Assembly: GCA_963736255.1 (NCBI GenBank)
Contig: CAVTOI010000003.1
Coordinates: forward strand, 1,300,400 to 1,364,399
Direction: 5' to 3'
Origin: Candidatus Aminicenantes bacterium
GTDB lineage: Bacteria > Acidobacteriota > Aminicenantia > Aminicenantales > Saccharicenantaceae
DNA length: 64,000 nucleotides
The notes under the pieces were generated by a model that was given only the letters and a program-made list of their open reading frames with translations, was not told the origin of the DNA and made no database searches. A program made the position numbers and the translations under genes. Every line of letters starts with the position of its first letter. The stretch's first letter is position 1. Shown one piece after another: positions 48,841 to 57,427 of this stretch.

Positions 48841-51284
48841 CGTTCGAACCTGGTCAACGCCGCGGCGAGATCGAGCCTTTTTTTAAACAGGCCCCGCCAG
48901 GCGTCGCCCTTCTTGGCCAGACGTTCCGGGACCGTGCGGATGTTGAAATCGAGAGGATCGAGCTTGGCCGTGACGTCCTTCCAATCGAGAGGCATCGAGA
49001 CGGGCGCTCCCTCGCGCGGCCGCACGGCGTAGGGGGAAGCCATGGTCGCCCCGTTGCGGTTCTGCAGATAATCCAGGTACACCCGGCCCTTGCGCTTGGC
49101 CGGGCTGCGCTCCAGGCTCGTCAGGTCCGGGTACCGGCGGTTGACGACCAGGCACACGAGGTGGGCCAGCTCCCGGGCCTGCTCGTAGCTGAAGCGGGGC
49201 GCCAGGGGGATATAGATATGGAGCCCTGTGGCCCCGGACGTCTTGCAGAAGGCCGGGATGGCCATCTCGTCGAGGAAGGCCTTGGCCGCCAGCACGGCCT
49301 CGACGACGCTGGGGAACGAGGTCTCGAGCGGATCGAAATCGAGGACGATGTAATCCGGTGACTCAAGACGGGGGACCGATGAGCTCCAGACGTTGATCTC
49401 GATGCAGCCGAGGTTGGCCTCGTAGAGCAGCGTGTCCCTGTTCTCGCAGACGAGGTAGCGGATGGTCTTGCGCTCGCTCTCGGTGGCGAGATCTACGGTT
49501 TTAACCCACTCGGGCGGCGTCTGAGCCAGGTTCTTTTGGAAAAAGTTCTTGCCCTCGATTCCGTCGGGATGCCGGTTCAGCGCCTGGGGCCGGGCCTTGA
49601 GGTAGGGGAGGATCCACTCGGAGACCCTCCAATAGTATTCGACCAGGTCGCCCTTGGTGGTTCCCTCGCCGGGCCAGTAGACCTTTTCGAGGTGGGTCAG
49701 TTCGGCGCGCGTCCTGATATTGGTCTTTTGCAGGACCGCCTCCCGGGGCGCGGGTTCCTCCCGTACGACTTCACGGGCGCTCTTGTCCTCCCTGAGGCCC
49801 AGGAAGACGGGGTGGCGCATCAGCCCCTCGGCGGTCCATTCGCTGAACTTGACCTCGCAGATCAGGCGCGGCTCGACCCAAGTCACCGGCATGTCCGACG
49901 GCGGCTCATCGACGAACGGGGACCGTGGCGTCGCGAGAGGCGTGAGCTTGGCGTATATGTCCTTCAGGGTGCGCCCGGTGAAGCCCGTGCCGACGTGGCC
50001 GATATACGCGAGCCGGCCCTTCCTGAAGGCGCCCAGGATCAAGGCCCCGAAGTATTGGCGGGAAGCGCGCGGCTGGGTGAAGCCGCAGATGACGGCCTCC
50101 TGCCTTCGCTGGGTCTTGATCTTGAGCCACTCCCGGGTCCGCGCTCCCGAGCGATAAGGACTGGCCAGGTCTTTGGCCACGATGCCCTCGAGCCCGTTCG
50201 TTTCTGCGGCGCGGAAGAAGGCCTTGCCGCGCGTCTCGATCGCCTCACTCAGCCGCACGGTATCGGAAACGGGGAGGAGCTTCTCCAGGATGGCCCTGCG
50301 GCGCTTGAGCGGAAGTCCCCGGAGGTCGCGGCCCGCGGCATAGAGGATATCGAAGACGTAGTAGAGGATGCGGCCCTCCCCGGGGCGCATCGCGTTCTGA
50401 AGGTCCTGGAAGTGGGGCCGGCCTTTCGAGTCGACGGCAACGATCTCGCCGTCGAACACGGCGTTCACGGGAAAGCCGGCCAAGGCTGCGGCGACCGTGG
50501 GAAATCGGGCGTTCTGCGACTTGCCGTTGCGGGACAGGAGGCGCACCTTGCCCCCCTTGATCTCGGCGAGCGAGCGGAAGCCGTCCCACTTGACCTCGAA
50601 GGTCCAGCCCTCGCGGTCGAAGGGGCCGTCGACCAAGGTGGCCAGCATGGGGCTCGTCTCCGTCGGGAAAGGCGCCTTGGCCGCCCCCGTGAGGTCAAGG
50701 TCCTCCGGCGAGGGCGTGCGGCCGGGCTTCGGCGGCGGGGGATCGGCGGCGCTGGCTCCTGCGGCCTTGCGGGCGGCGGGCGGGCGGTCTGTCCGCTTCA
50801 TCAGGAGCCATTGGTTGTCCTTGTCGCCCTGTCTTTTAATGCGGACGAGCGTGAAAGCGCCCTTGAGCCTCTTCCCTTTGAGGGTGAAATCGATGTGGCC
50901 CTTGGCGAGGGAGGCGTCCATGGACCGCCCTTCCTGTCCGGGGCCGGGCTCCGTGAGCGTATAAGTCCCCTTGTCCCAGATCTCGACCAGCCCGGCGCCG
51001 TACTGGCCCTCCGGGATCCGGCCCTTGAAATCCTTGTAGGCAAGGGGATGGTCCTCGACCATGATGGCCAGGCGCTTGTCGCGGGGGTCCATCGACGGGC
51101 CCTTGGGCACAGCCCAGCTCTTCAGGACGCCGGCGTGCTCCAGACGGAGATCGTAGTGGAGGTGCGAGGCCTGGTGCTTCTGGACGACGAAATGACGGCC
51201 GCCGCCGCTCCCCGCGGCAGGGGAGGGCTTCGGTTCGGGCGTCTTGCCGAAAGCTCTTTTCCGGCGATATTCCTTCAGGGCCAT
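48813..51284 (-). CDS. ligD: ATP-dependent DNA ligase LigD (phosphoesterase-ligase-polymerase three-domain NHEJ ligase)
   Basis: N-terminal PE domain (YRRKRAFGKTPEP...HYDLRLE), ligase adenylation motif (KWDGFR), C-terminal primase-polymerase domain. Confidence 0.9.
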   Translation of the reverse strand: MALKEYRRKRAFGKTPEPKPSPAAGSGGGRHFVVQKHQASHLHYDLRLEHAGVLKSWAVPKGPSMDPRDKRLAIMVEDHPLAYKDFKGRIPEGQYGAGLVEIWDKGTYTLTEPGPGQEGRSMDASLAKGHIDFTLKGKRLKGAFTLVRIKRQGDKDNQWLLMKRTDRPPAARKAAGASAADPPPPKPGRTPSPEDLDLTGAAKAPFPTETSPMLATLVDGPFDREGWTFEVKWDGFRSLAEIKGGKVRLLSRNGKSQNARFPTVAAALAGFPVNAVFDGEIVAVDSKGRPHFQDLQNAMRPGEGRILYYVFDILYAAGRDLRGLPLKRRRAILEKLLPVSDTVRLSEAIETRGKAFFRAAETNGLEGIVAKDLASPYRSGARTREWLKIKTQRRQEAVICGFTQPRASRQYFGALILGAFRKGRLAYIGHVGTGFTGRTLKDIYAKLTPLATPRSPFVDEPPSDMPVTWVEPRLICEVKFSEWTAEGLMRHPVFLGLREDKSAREVVREEPAPREAVLQKTNIRTRAELTHLEKVYWPGEGTTKGDLVEYYWRVSEWILPYLKARPQALNRHPDGIEGKNFFQKNLAQTPPEWVKTVDLATESERKTIRYLVCENRDTLLYEANLGCIEINVWSSSVPRLESPDYIVLDFDPLETSFPSVVEAVLAAKAFLDEMAIPAFCKTSGATGLHIYIPLAPRFSYEQARELAHLVCLVVNRRYPDLTSLERSPAKRKGRVYLDYLQNRNGATMASPYAVRPREGAPVSMPLDWKDVTAKLDPLDFNIRTVPERLAKKGDAWRGLFKKRLDLAAALTRFERWQKSRKSR

Positions 51285-51301
51285 GGCGCGTCTCGCGGGG
51301 C

Positions 51302-52144
51302 CTAGTGCCGCGTCGCGGACAGGCTCTCCTTGAGCTTGGCCATGATGTCCTCGACCTCGGTCGCTCGCGGCGCCTCTTCTTCGGGGACATGGACGGTCTT
51401 GCCCTTGGCCTTGGCGGCGATGATCGAGCGCAGGCGCGCGGCGTAGGTATCCTTGTAGGCTTCAGGTTCGAATTCGCCCCCGAACTTCTTGATCAGGTCG
51501 AGGGCCAGCTCCATCTGGTTCTTGGGGACGTCGGCCTTGGCCGGCAGGTCGAGCCCGGACGCGTCCCGGAGCGAGGCGGCGAAACGGAGCATGATAAGCA
51601 GGATGACCCGGCCCTCCGGCTTGAGCATGACGAGATGCTCGCGATCCCTGAGGACGAAGATGCCGATGCCGACCTTCTTCGAGACGGCCATGGCCTCGCG
51701 GAACAGGGCGTAGGCCGTGCCGGCCTTCTTCTGGGGCTCGAGATAGTACGGCTTCTCGATGTACTTGGGGTCGACGTCCTTTTCGTCGACGAAGACCCCG
51801 ATCTCGATGGCCGAGGTCCGCTTGACGTCGGCCTTCTCGAAATCCTCGTCCTTCAGGACGACGTAATCGCCGTCCCGGTATTCGTACCCCTTGACGATAT
51901 CCTGGAACGGGACTTCCTCGCCCGTCAGGCGGCAGACCTTCTTATAGGCGATGGGGCAGAGGTCGTCCTTGCGCAGGTAGTTCATCTCGTGGATCTCGGG
52001 CTTGACCGCCGTATAGAGATTGACCGGCACGTTGACCAGGCCGAAGCTGATCATGCCCCGCCAGGAAGGGCGGGCGCCGGCGGCCGGCTTGTCTTCGTCA
52101 GGGGTCTGGGCGCGCTTGGCGCTTTTGGTCTTCTTGGTGGCCAT
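51302..52144 (-). CDS. ku: NHEJ protein Ku
   Basis: Ku core (ISFGLVNVPVNLY...), Lys-rich N-terminus; immediately upstream of ligD on the same strand. Confidence 0.9.
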   Translation of the reverse strand: MATKKTKSAKRAQTPDEDKPAAGARPSWRGMISFGLVNVPVNLYTAVKPEIHEMNYLRKDDLCPIAYKKVCRLTGEEVPFQDIVKGYEYRDGDYVVLKDEDFEKADVKRTSAIEIGVFVDEKDVDPKYIEKPYYLEPQKKAGTAYALFREAMAVSKKVGIGIFVLRDREHLVMLKPEGRVILLIMLRFAASLRDASGLDLPAKADVPKNQMELALDLIKKFGGEFEPEAYKDTYAARLRSIIAAKAKGKTVHVPEEEAPRATEVEDIMAKLKESLSATRH

Positions 52145-52163
52145 GGGTCTCCTCCAATCCGCT

Positions 52164-52846
52164 TCAGCGGGCGATCCTGTAGTTGAAGTCGGCCGTCCCG
52201 AACGCGGCCCAGAGCTTCAGCCAGACCATGATCATCATCTCCAGGCCGCGGGCGGCCGTCAAGTCGCCGAGGTCGATCACCGTCTTCCAGCCGAATTCGT
52301 CCCGGAGGAAGCGGGTCACCCGGTCCCGCGCCTCCGGGTCGTTGCCGGCCACGAAGACGTCGTGGTCGCCGCCGGCGAGGCCGGCGGGATTGACCATGAT
52401 GTGGGCCGTGACCGTGTTGAGCGACTTGACCACACGGAGGCCCGGATGGGCCCGCTGGATCCTCTCGGCGAGCGAATCGGTGTTGGCGACGAAGAGCTGC
52501 ATCTGTCCTTCGCCCCATGGCCCCGAGGGCGTTGGCGATATCGATCAGGATCTTCTCCTTGAGGTCCGCGGGCCGGGCCGTGGCCAGGACGTCGAGGGAG
52601 GCGTGGCCGGCCGTGGCGTTCATGAGCATCTCGCCGTGGGCGGCGGCTTCGGCGAACGTCCCCAGGCGGACCTTCTTGTTCTTGGCCAGCCAATCGCGGA
52701 AGCTCACGGACCCATCGTCCGGCGGCCTTTTCCTCCATCTTCCTGCGCACGTCGCGTGTCCCGAGCATGACATCGTGGCCGCGACGGACCAAGGTCGACC
52801 CGAGGGTCTTTCCGACGACCCCGGTACCGAGTATGCCGACCTTCAT
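52164..52846 (-). pseudogene. F420-dependent-type NADP oxidoreductase (Rossmann fold) disrupted by two frameshifts
   Basis: Three consecutive minus-strand frames each hold a family-typical segment: MKVGILGTGVVGKTLGSTLVRRGHDVMLGTRDV (52846 down to ~52750), RDWLAKNKKVRLGTFAEAAAHGEMLMNATAGHASLDVLATARPADLKEKILIDIANALGAMG (~52740-52520), and QMQLFVANTDSLAERIQRAHPGLRVVKSLNTVTAHIMVNPAGLAGGDHDVFVAGNDPEARDRV... (52502-52164); outside these, each frame is Arg/Pro junk. Confidence 0.65.
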
Positions 52847-53706
52847 ATCACACCTCCACCTGACCGCGGATAGGGAGAAACCCTTTCTTGAGGCAGGCCT
52901 CTATCGAATCCCCCCAATAATTAAAGCAAGATTCATGCCATGAGAGAGATAGGATGGGGATTCGCGGCGGCGTTGAAATGCCGATATCAGGGACTTGGGT
53001 CCACGAGGCGAATGTATCTACATTATTATGTATAACATAACTCAATAATGACGCAACTCATTTAATATCAGTTGTTTAATATCATAGGCGGAAATCATGC
53101 AGGTGCGCAATGAGACTTGTTCCTCATGCTCGTCCTTGGCCCGGTTGAGCTGAGTCCGCCGCCGGCAATAACAAGCTTTCCTATCCGGAAGAACAGATGT
53201 TGTCGTTTAATACTTAGCAGGGGATAGGTCACTGTGAGATCTCGACATTTCCTATAAATTGGGAATTCAGGGGACCTATGGATTCCATTGGTTCCTGAGA
53301 GTATTTGGCGAATAAGCGTGGAGAAGTCAACGAGTGATATAGGATCCCTGTATATGGACCTGTGGTATGTCAACAATCGTTGGCAAGTCCCGGCATCAAG
53401 GCCGCGCAGTACCAGAAAAATCGCCTTGCCGGAGAAGGGCCCCGAATCTACATAGTGAGCGCGATCCGGACCTCGCAGGGCCTGGGGCGACCATGCCTTG
53501 GGGAAGAACCTTATGACCGGCGGGACATTTCCACAGCTGCACAGGGCCTGGGCAGCGCTTTTCCCACAGCCTGTGGGTTATTCTTATACGCTCATAACAA
53601 AAGCTTTAGGAACGGCCCCCGCAATGAGTCGCATAACATCTATTATGTAAACTAACATCGGGAAGCGAAAGGGGCCGTAAGGCGGGAGAGGTTTGGAGCC
53701 GGATCG

Positions 53707-54564
53707 CTAGCCCTTGAGAGCCGGCGCTTCGTCCTTCTTCCGGATCTGATCGATGATCTCCTGCAGCACGGCGATGATCTCCTGTTTCGAGATCGTTTGC
53801 TTCTTGAATTCGAGCCTCAAGCGGAATTTGTCGTTGTCATCCGGAACGAAGTTGTAAACGTAATATTTAAGTTTCTTTGTCTTTCCCTTGAGATATTTGG
53901 CCAGGTCCCGCGTATCTTCCCGGGTCAGCCGGCGCTCGGCAATGTCATGGGCCAGCTTGACCATTTCGTCCTCGGTTTTGAGCTTGGCGATCTCGACGAT
54001 CGTCGACCGGCTGAACCCGCCGGCTTCCGCGATGATGTCGCGGGCTTTTTTGGGAATATGGGCGATCGACAGGATCTCGGTGATCGTCGAGCGGGCCTTG
54101 CCGATCTTGGCCGCGATCTGCTCGTGGTTGTAGCTGTGGATGTCGGCCAGGGCCTGCAGGCCGTCGGCCTCCTCGAAGATGTCGAGGTCCTTGCGCTGGA
54201 GATTCTCGATGAGGGCGATCTCCATGGCCTCATTGTCCTCGACGTCCATGTCGATACAGGGCAAGTCCTTGAGGCCGATGTTCCGGGAGGCCATGAAACG
54301 GCGTTCGCCGGCAATGATCTCGAATCGGTTGCCCTTGGCCCTGACGAGGATGGGCTCGAGGATGCCCTTGCTGCGTATGGATTCCTGGAGCTCCTCGATA
54401 TTGCCGAGCTCGCAGCGCGCCTGGTGAGGGTTCGGGTCGATCTTATCAATGGGGATCATGCGGATCCTCGGTCCGAGGGCGCGCGACGAGATCAGATCGA
54501 CGAAATGGCCGTCGTGTTTCATTCTGACCGTAGAGGGCAATCCCGATCGTTTAGTTTTTTGCAC
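53707..54564 (-). CDS. parB: ParB-family partition protein with atypical C-terminal region
   Basis: ParB N-terminal domain with GERRFMAS box and HTH; C-terminal ~70 aa Lys-rich and unlike canonical dimerisation domains. Confidence 0.8.
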   Translation of the reverse strand: MQKTKRSGLPSTVRMKHDGHFVDLISSRALGPRIRMIPIDKIDPNPHQARCELGNIEELQESIRSKGILEPILVRAKGNRFEIIAGERRFMASRNIGLKDLPCIDMDVEDNEAMEIALIENLQRKDLDIFEEADGLQALADIHSYNHEQIAAKIGKARSTITEILSIAHIPKKARDIIAEAGGFSRSTIVEIAKLKTEDEMVKLAHDIAERRLTREDTRDLAKYLKGKTKKLKYYVYNFVPDDNDKFRLRLEFKKQTISKQEIIAVLQEIIDQIRKKDEAPALKG

Positions 54565-55315
54565 GGCTCATCAGCTCCTCGGCGACCTTCCGGTATTGCT
54601 CCGCGCCTATCGAACTCGGCGCATAAGTGAAGATCGATTCCTTATAGGCGGGGCTCTCCTCGAGCTTGACGCTCTTCGAGATGAAGGTCTTGAATACCTT
54701 CGTCCCGAAAACCTTGCGGATCCTCTGGACGACGTCCCTGGCCAGGTTGGTCCGTTTGTCGTAAAGGGTTATGACGACGCCCATGACCTTAAGATGGGGA
54801 TTGGCGATCCTCTTGACTTTCTCGATCGTCTCGAGAAGGTCGTCCGTCCCCTCGAGACAAAGATAGGACGATTGTATAGGGATCAGGATGAAGTTCGCGG
54901 CGACAAGGGCATTCAGGGTGATGAGCCCCAGGGTCGGCGGGGTATCGATGAAGATATAGTTGTACTTGCCCCGGATCTGCTCGAGGGCGTCCTTGAGCCT
55001 GAAGTGGGCATCGAATTCGCCGCTCAAGGATGGTTCGAGCTTGGCCATTGAGATCTTAGTGATGGCCATGTCGAGTCCGGGGATGTTCGAGCGGACGATG
55101 ATATCCTCGATCCTCTCGTTCTTGTCCATCAGGACATCGTAAAGCGATTTCTCATATTTTTCCGGATTAGCAACTGTAGAGATCGTGCTGTGGGCCTGGG
55201 GGTCCATATCGATCAGCAGAACCTTCTTCCCCATCAAGGCGATGCCCGCAGCGACGTTGATCGACGTCGTCGTCTTACCGACGCCGCCCTTCTGATTCGT
55301 GATGGCGATGATCAA
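54551..55315 (-). CDS. parA: ParA/Soj-family partition ATPase
   Basis: Deviant Walker A KGGVGKTT; full ParA architecture; overlaps parB. Confidence 0.92.
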   Translation of the reverse strand: MIIAITNQKGGVGKTTTSINVAAGIALMGKKVLLIDMDPQAHSTISTVANPEKYEKSLYDVLMDKNERIEDIIVRSNIPGLDMAITKISMAKLEPSLSGEFDAHFRLKDALEQIRGKYNYIFIDTPPTLGLITLNALVAANFILIPIQSSYLCLEGTDDLLETIEKVKRIANPHLKVMGVVITLYDKRTNLARDVVQRIRKVFGTKVFKTFISKSVKLEESPAYKESIFTYAPSSIGAEQYRKVAEELMSRAKN

Positions 55316-55935
55316 GAGTCTCTCTCCCTCCTGGGCCGGATCAACAACCTCATGTCCTTATATAGACCAGGGACTGGAGGAAAGCAATAGAAAGAGGAAA
55401 ATTATTTCATAATATTGGCTAGCTATCATAAATGACATCTGGCAATGTCGGCGTGCCGACAATTCCCTTAACGCAAATAATATGAATAAGTTAAACGTCT
55501 GTTGATTACCCGGCCAGCGGAGTTGAGGGGCGATGACGCGGAGTTATTCGGAGTCTTCCGGCGGCTTGAGAGGGGCCACGCTGGCATAATACGCGCGTGC
55601 TGGCCGCGAGAGCCGTCTATCGGTCGCCAAAGTCGAGTCTCACCTCCCCGCGCGTCCCCGCGGATCAGTCGACTGACAACGGTGAACTCTCACCTTTCGG
55701 TGATATCGTAGGTCCGTTAACGATTCCTTAGACGGAACGCTGGAGGTGGTGGATAATCTATCCAACAAACCAGGCCTAGCATTAGCGCGTGATTTTCCGG
55801 CCTGGGAATCCCCGGAATGCCACGGCGGTGAATATTCGTAAGTAACAGATAATAAAAGAAATATGGGCATGAATATAACATGCTGATAGAAAACAATATA
55901 GAGCCGCGGTTGACGCGGACCACTTTTTACGTAGA

Positions 55936-57381
55936 ATGAGGTCCGAAATGATCTCGCCCCGCCCGCCCGCCGCGTCGGAACCGGGGTTCCTGCGGAAGCT
56001 CGGTCTCATCGACACCACGTTCCTGGTCATCGGGGCGGTCGTCGGCTCGGGGATCTTCATGACCCCGGGGCTCATCGCCGTAGGGCTCCCCTCGCCCGGT
56101 CTCCTTCTCGTCGTCTGGCTGGCCGGGGGCCTCATCACGCTCTGCGGGGCGCTCTCGTTCGCGGAACTCGGGGCGATGTACCCTCAGGCCGGCGGCCAAT
56201 ACATCTACCTGCGCGAGGCTTACGGGCCCGCCGCAGCCTTCCTTTTCGGGTGGGCTTTTTTCGGGTTCATCATGTGCGGCGGACTGGCCGCCCTGGCCGT
56301 CGCTTTCGCCGAATTCCTGGGCTCGTTCGTCCCGTTCCTCTCGACGGGCCATATCCTGCTCAAGCTCGAGGTCCTGGGGCTGCCCTTCAGCCTCTCCGCA
56401 GGCCAGCTTGTCGCCGCCGCCTCGATCCTTTTCCTGACCTTCCTCAACTCGTTCGGCATCCGGTCCGGCGCCGTCGTCCAGAACGTCCTGACCGTCTTCC
56501 GGCTGGTCACGGTCGCCGCCCTCGTGGGGCTCGGGATCCTCTTCGGGGTCAAAGCGGGCGGCTCGAACTTTCACCCGCTCTTTCCCGCCGGCCCGGGATT
56601 CCCCGCCGTCCTCGGCTCGATCGGCCTGGCCCTCGTCGCTATCTTCTGGACCTATGACGGCTGGTATTCCGTCAACTGCACGGCCGAGGAGATCCGGGAC
56701 CCGGCCAAGAACATCCCGCGCGGACTGACGCTCGGGGTCCTCGCCGTCACCGGGATCTATGTCCTGGTGAATCTCGTCTACCTCCTGGCCCTGCCTCTCG
56801 AACGGCTGAAGGGTGTCGTCCGCGTCGGCGAGCTGGCCGCATCGGCCCTGTTCGGGGCCGGCGGCGCGGCCCTCTTCTCCGCTGTGGTCATGATCTCGAT
56901 CTTCGGCTGTCTCGATGCCAACCTCCTCTTCGGCCCCCGCGTCTTCTACGCCATGGCCAGGGACGGCTATTTCTTCCGGGCCATGGGACGCCTCGGGGGC
57001 CGGAGCCGGGTGCCCGTCGGGGCCCTCTGGGGACAGGCCGCCTGGTCGGCCGTCCTTTGTCTCTCCGGCAAGTACGAATCGCTCTATAAGTACATGGTCT
57101 TCGCCCTGCTCCTGTTTTTCGCCGCGACGGGACTGGCCGTCTTCATCCTGCGGCGGCGCGCGCCGGACGTGGCCCGTCCCTATCGGACTTGGGGTTTCCC
57201 GGTCGTGCCCGTCGTCTTCATCGCCATGTCGCTGGCCGTTTTCGCCAGCATCGTCGCCAGCCAGCCCTTGAAATCGCTGGTCGGGGCGGGGCTCCTCGCC
57301 GCCGGCATCCCCGTTTACCTCATCTGGAAGGGCCGCGCTGGGCGCGCCGCGCTGTCCGGGCTAAAAAAGGATTCCCCCTGA
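55936..57381 (+). CDS. APC-superfamily amino acid/polyamine/organocation permease
   Basis: 12 predicted TM helices; APC signatures (GAVVGSGIFMTPG...); first gene of the corrinoid methyltransferase cluster. Confidence 0.85.
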   Translation: MRSEMISPRPPAASEPGFLRKLGLIDTTFLVIGAVVGSGIFMTPGLIAVGLPSPGLLLVVWLAGGLITLCGALSFAELGAMYPQAGGQYIYLREAYGPAAAFLFGWAFFGFIMCGGLAALAVAFAEFLGSFVPFLSTGHILLKLEVLGLPFSLSAGQLVAAASILFLTFLNSFGIRSGAVVQNVLTVFRLVTVAALVGLGILFGVKAGGSNFHPLFPAGPGFPAVLGSIGLALVAIFWTYDGWYSVNCTAEEIRDPAKNIPRGLTLGVLAVTGIYVLVNLVYLLALPLERLKGVVRVGELAASALFGAGGAALFSAVVMISIFGCLDANLLFGPRVFYAMARDGYFFRAMGRLGGRSRVPVGALWGQAAWSAVLCLSGKYESLYKYMVFALLLFFAATGLAVFILRRRAPDVARPYRTWGFPVVPVVFIAMSLAVFASIVASQPLKSLVGAGLLAAGIPVYLIWKGRAGRAALSGLKKDSP

Positions 57382-57427
57382 GCGGGATTTCGTTTAAGAT
57401 GGGACCGCGGAGCCGTCAGGGACACCG

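Noticed and set aside
53095-53655. Small ORFs 53095..53376 (-) and 53362..53655 (+) in the AT-rich tract
   Set aside because: No RBS, atypical composition and no similarity; treated as non-coding.
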